52,313 nucleotides of DNA from a virus. Lineage: Duplodnaviria > Caudoviricetes. Below the pieces are notes generated by a model. That model did not search any database. It was not told where the DNA came from and was given only the letters and a program-made list of their open reading frames with translations. The stretch is from positions 1 through 52,313 of IMG/VR virus record IMGVR_UViG_3300009494_000005; one strand, given 5' to 3'. A program made the translations under genes and the position numbers. This document shows, piece after piece, positions 1 through 9,036 of the stretch; position 1 is the stretch's first letter; each line of letters begins with the position of its first letter.

Positions 1-84
1 GCGGGCCCACCAACAGCGGCCGGCTAGAGCGCGGATCGACGTCAATCGCGACCACAGCTAAGGGGCCCCGAGCTCGGAGGGATC

Positions 85-1716
85 ATGCCCTACAGATCAA
101 TGAAGCAAGCCGAGGAGGCAGGAGCTAAGACCGAGCTCGGAGGGGCGAAGCTCAGCCTCGCGCAGATCAACGCGGTCGCGGCCGTGGCCGACCGATTGAA
201 GTCGGAGGATAAGGTCGACTCCCCCTACGCGGTCGCGATCGCGGCCTTCCAGAAGTCGCACAAGATCGAGAACGGAAGATGGATCGAGAAGAAGCCCAAG
301 AAGGTCGAGCTCAGCGCGGCAGAGGAGGATCTCGCCGCTCTGATCTACGCTGACAGGGTCTATGCGGCCAACGAACACGGAGTGATCGAGTTCTCGGAGT
401 TCGAGAACCCGCCCGGGACCCGGACAGTCAAGGACGTGGAGCTCCTCGAGGAAGGCGTTCACGTCGACAAGCATCACAAGGTGCTCGTCGTCGACGAGGC
501 CAAGATTAAGGCGATCCCTGAGATGTTCGATCGCCTCGCGGCTCTCGGATTCCGGCCGCCCGTGCGCCTGACTCACGACCCGGATCACCCGCTCGCCTCG
601 GGCTTCCCGTCCCTCGGATGGCCCACACGCCCGCGGCCGTGGTACGACATCAAGAACGAGAAGTGGAAGCTCACTTCCGACTTCGTCGGTGTCCCGAACG
701 TGTTCGCGGACATCATGGAGGCCGGCGGCTACGATTTTATTAGCTCCGGGCTATATCAGGACGTGAAAGTGGGCGACTACACCGCGCCGTTGGCGATCGA
801 CCACGTCGCCGTGCTCGGTGTTGTTCACCCGGCCATAACGGGCTTGAAGGGGATCACTGGGATCCACAGGCTCTACGAAAACGAGATGGCCGCAAGGGAC
901 GGTGTGACAGTGAGCGCCGCGTATCTGTTCGAGGATGGCGGGCTCAAGCCCGATGGCGAGAAGGAGGGAGGAGCGACAATGCCCGACCAGTTGACGCCGG
1001 AACAGCTTGCATCCTACGGGGTGACGAGCGAGACCGACCTTCGTGCGAAGATCGCGAAGGCCGGGGAGGCAGACAAGATCCAGAGCGATGCCAAGATCGA
1101 GCTCGAGGCCGCGCGGGGTCAGATGCGACTCGCCGCGGCGAACGGATTCATCGCCGCGGCCAAGGAGAAGATCCCACCGGCCCTGCACGACGATTTCCGC
1201 GTGGTGCATATGGGGCTCGCGGAGCACGGGAATGCGATCGAGTTCGCTCGCCCGTCGAAGGACGGCCTCAGTGCTGAGACCGTCAAGAAGGATCCCATGA
1301 CCGCTCTGACGACGATCGTCGGGAAGCTCGGGAAGGCGATCGAGCTACAGGACGAGAACGCGCCGGAGGGCGGGAAGGATCAGGAGCATCTCACGGACGA
1401 GGAGAAGGCCGCGAAGAAGATCGCGGACGATGCCGCGGCCGCGAAGAAGAAGGAGGAGGGCGGCGACGACAAGCCGGAGGAGGGCAAGACTGACGACGTC
1501 GTGGAGCTCGCACGGGGTGGTGTCGCCTCCCGCACGTTGATGGCCGTCGAGCAGAAGAAGCTCAGCCGGATCATCGAGGAGCGCGACGGTGTCGATCGTG
1601 GCACGGCCATGTCGATAGCCGCGGTCGAGCTCGCCCGCGCCGGCTATGGTACGGATGCGTACGTGCCGCCGGAGGGCCTCGAGGAGCCCAAGAAGGAGAA
1701 GGACGACAAGAAGTAG
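85..1716 (+). CDS. Mu gpI-like prohead protease/scaffold with N-terminal ChaB-like domain
   Basis: RBS GGAGG. Protease-like motifs (RLTHD, YDFISSG, DHVAVLGVVHPAITGL) and acidic helical C-terminal half. Lies between portal/gpF and capsid genes. Confidence 0.75.
   Translation: MPYRSMKQAEEAGAKTELGGAKLSLAQINAVAAVADRLKSEDKVDSPYAVAIAAFQKSHKIENGRWIEKKPKKVELSAAEEDLAALIYADRVYAANEHGVIEFSEFENPPGTRTVKDVELLEEGVHVDKHHKVLVVDEAKIKAIPEMFDRLAALGFRPPVRLTHDPDHPLASGFPSLGWPTRPRPWYDIKNEKWKLTSDFVGVPNVFADIMEAGGYDFISSGLYQDVKVGDYTAPLAIDHVAVLGVVHPAITGLKGITGIHRLYENEMAARDGVTVSAAYLFEDGGLKPDGEKEGGATMPDQLTPEQLASYGVTSETDLRAKIAKAGEADKIQSDAKIELEAARGQMRLAAANGFIAAAKEKIPPALHDDFRVVHMGLAEHGNAIEFARPSKDGLSAETVKKDPMTALTTIVGKLGKAIELQDENAPEGGKDQEHLTDEEKAAKKIADDAAAAKKKEEGGDDKPEEGKTDDVVELARGGVASRTLMAVEQKKLSRIIEERDGVDRGTAMSIAAVELARAGYGTDAYVPPEGLEEPKKEKDDKK
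979..1716 (+). CDS. Nested in-frame scaffold protein (Mu gpZ-like)
   Basis: GGAGGAGCGACA-ATG inside the protease ORF, in frame, conserved in copy B (42636). Confidence 0.65.
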   Translation: MPDQLTPEQLASYGVTSETDLRAKIAKAGEADKIQSDAKIELEAARGQMRLAAANGFIAAAKEKIPPALHDDFRVVHMGLAEHGNAIEFARPSKDGLSAETVKKDPMTALTTIVGKLGKAIELQDENAPEGGKDQEHLTDEEKAAKKIADDAAAAKKKEEGGDDKPEEGKTDDVVELARGGVASRTLMAVEQKKLSRIIEERDGVDRGTAMSIAAVELARAGYGTDAYVPPEGLEEPKKEKDDKK

Positions 1717-1782
1717 TGCTGGCCAAGTCACGGGGGGCCCGGGTCCCCCACCCACACTTTCTGTCAGAGGAGGTGAACACCA

Positions 1783-2268
1783 ATGGCAGATACCGCATAC
1801 GACGAAGTGTGTCAGCACGGCCAGTTCCGTGAGGACATTCAGTATGCAGTCACGGAGGACGACGCGGTTGTGCTCTATCAGGGCGTCGCGTACGGCGCGA
1901 CCTCGGGTTACATCACGAGCACTACCGTGGCTACGGATGGCAGACTCGCGGGCTTCGCTCAGCAGTCAGTCACCGCGGCCCAGACCGACTATACCGGAGA
2001 TGGTGCGGCCGGCGTGGCGATGCCGATCTTCCGCATCCCGGTCATGATCCACGGCTCCACGCGATTCATGTGTGGTGCGAACACGAGCGTGACCTACGGC
2101 ATGTGGCAGGTGCTCGAGGGCACAGATGGTCGGCTGGTCGACGCCGGCGCGACCTCGAACACGCTCTACGTCACACACGGGATCGCACAGGACGACCCGG
2201 ACGCGGACGGCGAGTGGGGGCACATCATCATCAACCTCAACGTGCCGTACTACTCGGCCACGACATAG
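1783..2268 (+). CDS. Capsid cement/decoration protein
   Basis: Small Gly/Ala/Thr-rich beta protein between scaffold and MCP, with strong RBS GGAGGTG. Confidence 0.6.
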   Translation: MADTAYDEVCQHGQFREDIQYAVTEDDAVVLYQGVAYGATSGYITSTTVATDGRLAGFAQQSVTAAQTDYTGDGAAGVAMPIFRIPVMIHGSTRFMCGANTSVTYGMWQVLEGTDGRLVDAGATSNTLYVTHGIAQDDPDADGEWGHIIINLNVPYYSATT

Positions 2269-2296
2269 GCCGACTGACCGAACAGATCAGGCAAGA

Positions 2297-2354
2297 GGAC
2301 TCCGGCTCCCCGAGTTCCTCGGGACGGCCTCTGCTTCGCAGAGCGCCGGGATCC
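2297..2354 (+). ncRNA. Conserved structured RNA element in the MCP leader (three-way junction)
   Basis: Two inner hairpins closed by an outer stem, with compensatory changes relative to 43935-43992. Confidence 0.55.
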
Positions 2355-2391
2355 TGCCTCAACTACGGATGCAGACTACGGAGGGAGGACC

Positions 2392-3348
2392 ATGCCTGCC
2401 CCGACAGAAGTCCAGGCGCAGGACGAGGTTCTGAACAACATAGCCTCGTACTACCACCACGAAGGCACGGTGCATCAGACCATCGCGCCGATCGTGGATG
2501 TGAAGCGGATCACGGGCCGCTACTACGTGTTCGGACGTGAGGAACTTCGCGTCATGAACGACACCCTCGGCCGCCGCTCTCACGCGAACGAGCTCGAATG
2601 GCACACGACCACGTCGATGTACAGGACCGTGGCTCGTGGCTTGCGGACATTCATCGGGACCGAGGACCGCGAGAACGCGGATCCTGTGATCCAGCTTGAG
2701 ACCACAGGGACCGAGAAGATCATTCGGGCTCTCGATCTCGCCGCGGAGGTTCGTTGTGTGGCGGCTGTCTCGGCCGCGATTACGGCGACAAGTGCGACCG
2801 CGGCTGGTACTGCTTGGCAGACCGGCGGGACGACAGGGAAGCCCCTGACGGACATCGCCGCGGCCAAGTTCAACTTCAAGCGGGCATGCGGACGCCCGCC
2901 GAACGCGATTGTGATTCCTGACCAGTGCGTAGCCAAGATGGTCTTGTGCGACGAGTGGCGGGAGCAGTTCACGACCACTGAGGGTGCGGCCAAGACGATT
3001 GGCACGTACTCGGCGCTTCCCCCGCTCATCGACGGCATGACGCCGTTGGTGCCGTCGCAGTTGAAGCTCTCCGGCTCGCCCGGAGTGTCCGACGGCCTCG
3101 GTCCAGGCGGGACTCCCAGTCTCACCTCTGTGTGGGGTGACAACGTGTATCTGCTGTGGGTGAACCCTCGCCCGGCGATCATGGATGCCTCGTTCATGTA
3201 CACCTTCGCCACCACTCGTCAGCGTGTCAGGAGATACGACGACGAGTCCGTGGGCATCGGTGGCGGGACGTACATTCAGGTCGAGAAGCAGGACACCATG
3301 AAAACCGTCAACGTCTACATGGCTCGAGAGATCTCGAACGTCATCTAG
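2392..3348 (+). CDS. Major capsid protein
   Basis: 318 aa with strong RBS, position after scaffold and cement, motifs LNNIASYY, IAPIVDV, PLTDIAAA, GRPPNAIVI, VWGDNVYL. Confidence 0.85.
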   Translation: MPAPTEVQAQDEVLNNIASYYHHEGTVHQTIAPIVDVKRITGRYYVFGREELRVMNDTLGRRSHANELEWHTTTSMYRTVARGLRTFIGTEDRENADPVIQLETTGTEKIIRALDLAAEVRCVAAVSAAITATSATAAGTAWQTGGTTGKPLTDIAAAKFNFKRACGRPPNAIVIPDQCVAKMVLCDEWREQFTTTEGAAKTIGTYSALPPLIDGMTPLVPSQLKLSGSPGVSDGLGPGGTPSLTSVWGDNVYLLWVNPRPAIMDASFMYTFATTRQRVRRYDDESVGIGGGTYIQVEKQDTMKTVNVYMAREISNVI

Positions 3349-3428
3349 GCTGCGGCGGGATGCTAGGGGTGCGTCGAATGGGAGGAAGGGCCCGGACGGC
3401 GCGCCCCCGGCGGCGAAGGAGGTCAAGC

Positions 3429-3812
3429 GTGGCGAAGTCGAAGAAAAAGAAGGCAGCCGCACAGAAGCGGTGCAAGGCGAACCGCAACAGGATCTTCGTC
3501 CATCCACAGGGCGACGTGCTCCAGTGCGAGCAAGGCGTATTCGCTCCTGGACAGTACGTCCCCGTCGAGGATCTCCCGGCCGACATGGTCGGGGACTGGT
3601 TTCAGACGGGCCTTCTGATCGAAGAGCAGATGTACCGGATGTATCACGGGGCTGACTGGAACGCACGACACCCGAAGGATCAAATCAAACCCGGGCAGGG
3701 CGGCGTCGACATTCACCACGTCGTGCCCACGACCGGCGATGAGATCACGGATCCCGGCGGGGCGGCTCCGACGATCGGGGGCGGTGACGGAGCCGCCGAT
3801 CTCACCGATTGA
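3429..3812 (+). CDS. Hypothetical head-associated protein
   Basis: GTG after GGAGG, ortholog at 45063-45425, C-terminal GDEITDPxGxAP motif. Confidence 0.7.
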   Translation: MAKSKKKKAAAQKRCKANRNRIFVHPQGDVLQCEQGVFAPGQYVPVEDLPADMVGDWFQTGLLIEEQMYRMYHGADWNARHPKDQIKPGQGGVDIHHVVPTTGDEITDPGGAAPTIGGGDGAADLTD

Positions 3813-3822
3813 GAGGCGAATC

Positions 3823-4536
3823 ATGCCGGCATACTGCACCGATGGTCAACTACGGCGAGCGTGGAAAACGCTTCACGAGGACACGGACTACGACGAGCTC
3901 GCGGAGCTCCGCAAGCGTGCTATGGACACGATCGACGCATGGATCGGGACGGTGTTCAACGTCCCGTTCTGTCCGTGGTTGCACGTCAACGCCGTGGATG
4001 GCAACACCCTGACCATCGACCTACAGGACGTGGGCTACCTCAAGGCTGGTGACACGATCATGTTCTATGACAACTCCGAGGAGAAGATGGGGCAGAGCGC
4101 GGGCACGATCAGCACTGTGAGTACCGCGACTATCACGATCTCGGGATTGACGGGAATCGCGGCCGGCGACGAGATCGCCGTCTACTCGGACATCACGGTG
4201 TCGAGTGGACGCACGATCCGCGTCGTCGGCCCTCCGCCGGAGGTCAACGCGAAGGCCGTCGATGTCAGCCGCTACTATGGGCACACCGACCTGAGCTCAC
4301 TCCAGGACGCGACCGATTCGATCGTCAAATCGTATGAATCGGCCGTCGAGTGGGGCGGCCTCCTCCGTGATGGCACGGCAGATCTCACGGGTGCGGATGC
4401 TCAGACCGTCGGATACATGACCACCTACGAGACCGAGCCCGCGATGAACGTCGACCATCCTGTGACGTGGGGCTTCGACGAGAATCATCCTGCCCGTGAC
4501 CAGGACGCGAACACTGATACCGGACTTGATCCGTAG
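3823..4536 (+). CDS. Head-tail adaptor (Mu gp36-like) with inserted beta domain
   Basis: N-terminal YCT..L motif, A..TID.WIG...VP, C-terminal YE.A..W..L..G..DL pattern. Ortholog at 45436. Confidence 0.65.
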   Translation: MPAYCTDGQLRRAWKTLHEDTDYDELAELRKRAMDTIDAWIGTVFNVPFCPWLHVNAVDGNTLTIDLQDVGYLKAGDTIMFYDNSEEKMGQSAGTISTVSTATITISGLTGIAAGDEIAVYSDITVSSGRTIRVVGPPPEVNAKAVDVSRYYGHTDLSSLQDATDSIVKSYESAVEWGGLLRDGTADLTGADAQTVGYMTTYETEPAMNVDHPVTWGFDENHPARDQDANTDTGLDP

Positions 4537-4544
4537 GAGGCGAC

Positions 4545-5072
4545 GTGCGGAGCTATCAGGCCGGAGCGACCCAACAGGGAGCCGCCTTTGTCATGGACAA
4601 AGGTGATCTCCTCAAGTTCACGGGTCTGCTCAACCAGCTTCGGATCAACGCCATGCATCCCGAGCCGTTCCTCACGCTCGCCGGCGAAGCGGTTCGGATC
4701 GAGACTCTCAAGTCCTTCGAACTCCAGTCTGAGCCCCAACATCGCCGGCCGTGGAAGCGGCTCGCGAAGCCGACCACGGCTCGCCGGCCCAAGGGGAAGC
4801 GCAAGACCACCAAGCGGTACAGCGCGAAGATCCTTCTCGATACCGGCCGCCTCCGTGGCTCTATCACGATCAGGAAAACCATGCTCCCGCCGACGGTCTG
4901 GATCGGGACGAACATCATATACGCACGGACCCATCAGTTCGGGGATCCCGCACGGAACATCGCCGCGCGTGCGTTCCTGCCGACGGGTTGGACGGCGCCT
5001 CTATCTATCCGAACCAAGAGAGCTCTACAGTCGCAGATCAAGAAGGGCGGCGCGGGCCGCCATGTGAGGTGA
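4545..5072 (+). CDS. Virion morphogenesis protein (Mu gpG/P2 gpS-like)
   Basis: Family motifs PWKRL, ILLDTGRLRGSI, IGTNIIYARTHQFG, IAARAFL. Confidence 0.85.
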   Translation: MRSYQAGATQQGAAFVMDKGDLLKFTGLLNQLRINAMHPEPFLTLAGEAVRIETLKSFELQSEPQHRRPWKRLAKPTTARRPKGKRKTTKRYSAKILLDTGRLRGSITIRKTMLPPTVWIGTNIIYARTHQFGDPARNIAARAFLPTGWTAPLSIRTKRALQSQIKKGGAGRHVR

Positions 5073-5074
5073 CA

Positions 5075-5431
5075 ATGCCTAGTCAAGATATTCTGGAGTG
5101 GCTGGCCGACAACGGTATGACTGAGGTGTTCACGAGCGACGAGGTAGACAACCCGACCTCGGGCCCCGGCGCGGTTCTGTTTCAGTACACCGCGACCGCA
5201 CCGCTCCTGACTCTCCGGTACTCCTTCATCAACGACTCAACCAACGTCGTGATCTACGAGATCCGACTCGACGGTGAGGTCGTGCACAAGCCGATCGCGC
5301 ATCCCAACCTAGTTGAGCCGGTCAACGTCGTGATTCCGGTTGCCGTGGGGCAGACGATCCTCGTCGGGACGGTGACGGACGAGAGCGCGAACGGGACGAG
5401 CCGCGTCGTCGTGGAGTATATCAAGGGTTGA
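5075..5431 (+). CDS. Hypothetical virion protein
   Basis: ATG after GAGGTG, ortholog at 46717-47073. Confidence 0.75.
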   Translation: MPSQDILEWLADNGMTEVFTSDEVDNPTSGPGAVLFQYTATAPLLTLRYSFINDSTNVVIYEIRLDGEVVHKPIAHPNLVEPVNVVIPVAVGQTILVGTVTDESANGTSRVVVEYIKG

Positions 5432-5452
5432 TTCCGGCAGGAGGTCGCGGTC

Positions 5453-6136
5453 GTGGCTGAGGACACATTCTATCCGAGTCCGTACGGGTACATAGGCGAC
5501 AGCGGTTCGACCGCCTACGACAACACCGGGACCGCCTCTAAGTGTTACACGCTGGCCAACATCGTAACGGGGAGTGTCGAGCGGGCCTACTTCTCCTTTG
5601 ATACCTCGTCGATTCCGGAAGTTGCGACAATCGTCGATGTGTCGATTCGAGCATACTGCGACTTTCTCTCGTTCTCAGTTGAAATAAACCTGTTAACGAT
5701 CGCGGGCATGGTCTGGTGGGAACACGACGTGATCGGCGCCAGCATCACGACGGGGGACTGGGGTCTTGCGAACTTCGGAGCCTACAAGCTTTGGGGATCT
5801 GGTCAGCCTCCTCCGAGCCTTCCATCCTCAGCGGACATAGATCTGCCGAACGCAAGTGTGAACGTCGATGGTGACAGCGACTACGAGTTCAGAGACGCGA
5901 GTAATTGGACCGACAGCTCTGAGGGTCCTCGACTTGGGTACTACGCGAAGAAACCTATCGGGACTGTGAGGATGTGGCTCACCGTGACGTTTTCGATTCC
6001 CAAAGGACTGTTCAACCGCTGGAACTGGCGGCTTCCCGCTATGCCCGGGTTCTCGAACGTGATCGCGGCCGTCGTCCTCCCCTCGGGCGATCTCAAGGTC
6101 TTGGCCCGGTTCTATCCGCGGCCTCTGGAGGCGTAA
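5453..6136 (+). CDS. Variable virion protein with DNRLRE-like carbohydrate-binding beta domain
   Basis: RAYFSFDTSSIP..ATI..VSI motif. Strongly diverged from 47095-47775 except at the termini. Confidence 0.5.
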   Translation: MAEDTFYPSPYGYIGDSGSTAYDNTGTASKCYTLANIVTGSVERAYFSFDTSSIPEVATIVDVSIRAYCDFLSFSVEINLLTIAGMVWWEHDVIGASITTGDWGLANFGAYKLWGSGQPPPSLPSSADIDLPNASVNVDGDSDYEFRDASNWTDSSEGPRLGYYAKKPIGTVRMWLTVTFSIPKGLFNRWNWRLPAMPGFSNVIAAVVLPSGDLKVLARFYPRPLEA

Positions 6137-6137
6137 C

Positions 6138-6875
6138 ATGCAGATGGTCAAGCAGAGCGTAGAGCGGAAGATCCCTTGCCTCCTAATCGAGTCCTCCGAT
6201 GGTCAGACGCCGGACACCGGCGTTGCCGCTGGCTCCGTGACGATCAGCTACCGCAAGGAAGCCGCGACATCGTTGACCGCCAAGACCGCAACGGGCAACT
6301 GGACGGAGGTGGGCAAGGGCGTCTACCTGATAACGTGGTCGACGACCGACCTCAACACTGTTGGGCGGTTCGACTTCATCGTGGAGGTGTCGGGCGACAT
6401 CAACTACTACGGGTCGCTCGTGGTCAGCGCGAATCTCCTCGACGACCTTGCGACTGACATCGCCGCGCTCAACGACCTCGACGCGGCCGGCGTGCTCGCG
6501 GCCGTGACCAACGACGACACCAAGTGGGCCGGCGCGCATGTCGACGCGGCGATTTCGACGCGGAGTTCACACAGTGCGGCCGACGTCGTCGCGCTACTGA
6601 ACGATCCGACTGTGGCTGCAATTGTGACCGGGATCTGGACCGAGGCGCAGGCAGGCTACACGACTCCAGGCACGTTCGGTTACTTCCTCGATTTGCAGGT
6701 CTCGGCGGCCGGCGGGGGCGCCGCTCCCACGGTCGCGCAGATCGCGGAGGCGGTCCACGACGTCAAGGTGACATTCAACAAGACCACAGGTGGGCTCGTA
6801 ATCACGATGGCCGACGACATGCCTCTGACCTCTGTCACGATCACTGACACGGCTGGGGAGGTGACGCGCGAATGA
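6138..6875 (+). CDS. Hypothetical virion protein with variable central helical repeats
   Basis: Ortholog at 47777-48427, PTVAAIV/PTVAQIA repeats. Confidence 0.65.
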   Translation: MQMVKQSVERKIPCLLIESSDGQTPDTGVAAGSVTISYRKEAATSLTAKTATGNWTEVGKGVYLITWSTTDLNTVGRFDFIVEVSGDINYYGSLVVSANLLDDLATDIAALNDLDAAGVLAAVTNDDTKWAGAHVDAAISTRSSHSAADVVALLNDPTVAAIVTGIWTEAQAGYTTPGTFGYFLDLQVSAAGGGAAPTVAQIAEAVHDVKVTFNKTTGGLVITMADDMPLTSVTITDTAGEVTRE

Positions 6876-7690
6876 GCTTCGATGCCGTAGGGCTCCTGAC
6901 CGACGGGCACGCCTCGGGCTTCAACACGTCGTTTCTCAACTACTGCCCGGTCATGGTCCGTGTGATCGACGAGGCTGGCGCCGCGATCTCCGGCGCGACA
7001 GTCACGATCGGATCCACGGCTCTGACTACGGATGGGAGCGGGCTCATCACTGAGACCGAGTTCGCGGCTGGTGCGTATTCCTTCCTGATTACGGCTCCAG
7101 GGCACCGATCGGTGCTCTCGCAGGTGACGCTCGCCGGCCGACGGGACTGGACAATCCCTCTGAAACCGACGAGCTATCCGGGCACAACGCCCGAGATGAT
7201 GGAGGTGGTCGACGCTCTCAAGGCCGATCTCGACGCGGATCCCACGCTCACCGCTATGGACGGTTGGCAACCGGCCGTGAGGTGCTACGACTCAACGATG
7301 CCGGATCTCGAGGGATCCGGGCTACGCACCGTCTATATCTGCCCCGTCCTCGATGAGCACCGCGGAGGAGCGGATCAAGGTCAGGGACTACGGGCCGACG
7401 GCACCGAAACTCAGATGTTCGGGCTCTACTACCACATCTCTCTCTACCCCTGTGTCACGATGGAGGGTAAGGGCGCTGAGGGCCTCCTGACGGACGACGA
7501 AGGGCTCGAGGCTATGACGACCGCCGTCAAGAATCTCATTCGCTTCAATGACCTCGACGGGCTCGTGGGATGGCTTGAGCGACCGATCGGCGTCCAGAGG
7601 GATGTCGGAGCCGATGAGCATGCAGGGCAATTCTATCACAAGCTCAATCGTGTTATGCTCCGCGCGTTCGTGGGCGAGGACGACACGTAG
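6872..7690 (+). CDS. Putative tail completion/terminator protein with N-terminal carboxypeptidase-regulatory-like domain
   Basis: V.D..G.AISGATV..G....TTD.SG and G.Y...ITAPGH motif, positioned before the tail tube gene. Confidence 0.5.
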   Translation: MSFDAVGLLTDGHASGFNTSFLNYCPVMVRVIDEAGAAISGATVTIGSTALTTDGSGLITETEFAAGAYSFLITAPGHRSVLSQVTLAGRRDWTIPLKPTSYPGTTPEMMEVVDALKADLDADPTLTAMDGWQPAVRCYDSTMPDLEGSGLRTVYICPVLDEHRGGADQGQGLRADGTETQMFGLYYHISLYPCVTMEGKGAEGLLTDDEGLEAMTTAVKNLIRFNDLDGLVGWLERPIGVQRDVGADEHAGQFYHKLNRVMLRAFVGEDDT

Positions 7691-7698
7691 GAGGACCG

Positions 7699-7875
7699 AT
7701 GCCGACACCGATGCAGTCCATGCACGCTAGGTGGAAACGAGAGCGAGAGGCGGCCGAGGCGGGCAAGGCCCCGGCCACGCGCCGAACACGGCGCACCACG
7801 CCGGCGACGCCGGCGACAGCGGACCCCGGGGCGGCTACCGAGCCGGACCCGACACGAGAGGAGGACGATAGCTAG
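7699..7875 (+). CDS. Small hypothetical protein (58 aa, not in ORF track)
   Basis: GGAGG-ATG, MPTPMQSMHARWKREREA...EPDPTREEDDS, ortholog at 49245-49418. Confidence 0.7.
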   Translation: MPTPMQSMHARWKREREAAEAGKAPATRRTRRTTPATPATADPGAATEPDPTREEDDS

Positions 7876-8391
7876 ATGAGCGTCACAAAGGACAACATCT
7901 GCAACGGCCCTAGTACCTGCTCGCTGAACATCGCGGCAGCCGGCCTTGTTGATGTTGGGGCCATCGCACCCGGAGGCGTGACGATCACGCGCGAGCCGGA
8001 GATCCTCTTGATTCACCCGGAGCAGACCATGGGTCCCATCAAGGGGTATCCGACGAGCGAGTCGTATGTGATCGCGTTCACGATCTGGGAAATGACGACG
8101 CGCAACGTCGACCTCATGGTGTTCGGGGGCGACGGGAGCTACGACGCGACGCCGGCGGCGGCTGACGACTTTGGAGGCACCGACGTGTGCACCGAGGCGG
8201 TTCTCACGGTTTACGGAACCTGCCCCGGCCAGCTTCAGCGGGCTATCACCTTCAATCAGGCGATCCCCGTAGAGCCCGGCGACTGGATACAGTCCCGGGA
8301 AGCGGAGCACAACATCGGCGCGAAGTGGCGATCTCTCTGCGATCCGGACGACAACACGATCGGGTCAATGGAGGACACCGCGCCCGCGTAG
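7876..8391 (+). CDS. Major tail tube protein
   Basis: 171 aa starting NICNGP...DVGA...GGVT, typical of siphovirus tubes. Upstream of chaperone and TMP, highly conserved in copy B. Confidence 0.75.
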   Translation: MSVTKDNICNGPSTCSLNIAAAGLVDVGAIAPGGVTITREPEILLIHPEQTMGPIKGYPTSESYVIAFTIWEMTTRNVDLMVFGGDGSYDATPAAADDFGGTDVCTEAVLTVYGTCPGQLQRAITFNQAIPVEPGDWIQSREAEHNIGAKWRSLCDPDDNTIGSMEDTAPA

Positions 8392-8430
8392 CCTCCTCCT
8401 AAAACCACGGCCGAAGAAGAAAGGCCGACA

Positions 8431-9036
8431 ATGGCACTGTGGCGACAAAAACAAGGCTATTGGTGCTGCTCGGATGTGAACCTCGTCGCCGCGATGATGG
8501 TCGAAAACTACGTCATCAAGGACGGCGTGATCGACGACACGGACGCGCTACCCCCGGTAGACCTCGCGTTCGCGTACATCGAACTCGTGCCGAGGAAGAT
8601 CCCGAAGAAAGGGCGACGAGGTTCGTCTGGCAAGGACCGGCTAGTCTACACCGGGCCCAACGATGTCCGACGGCGGGAACTCCGCGAGTGGAAGCCGGTC
8701 ATCATGTTTGCGCTCGCACCGTTCGAGCACTCACACCGACTAGCCAACGCGAAGAAAGATATGTGGTTCAATGGCACACTGTTCAGTCCTCCGGTCTACG
8801 GCGTCCAGCATCACGCACTGATGCGGATAGTCGAGCAGATCAGGGAGGAGTTCGAGCGAAAAACCGGCCGGCCGACGAGTCTCAAGAACAAGGCGTTCGC
8901 GGTGAACCTCATCGACGGCGTCGCGCGGTTGGCCACCGAGAGATCAGAACTCTCGGCAGAAGCGAAGGAGATCCCGAGTGTCGCAGTTAGAGGAGAAGAA
9001 GCCCGAATCGGGGCCCGAGGACTCATCCACAAGTGA
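8431..9036 (+). CDS. Conserved basic hypothetical protein
   Basis: Near-identical ortholog at 49973-50578. Confidence 0.75.
   Translation: MALWRQKQGYWCCSDVNLVAAMMVENYVIKDGVIDDTDALPPVDLAFAYIELVPRKIPKKGRRGSSGKDRLVYTGPNDVRRRELREWKPVIMFALAPFEHSHRLANAKKDMWFNGTLFSPPVYGVQHHALMRIVEQIREEFERKTGRPTSLKNKAFAVNLIDGVARLATERSELSAEAKEIPSVAVRGEEARIGARGLIHK

Noticed and set aside
5453-6136. Diversity-generating retroelement target
   Set aside because: No reverse transcriptase or template repeat, and the differences are not adenine-specific.
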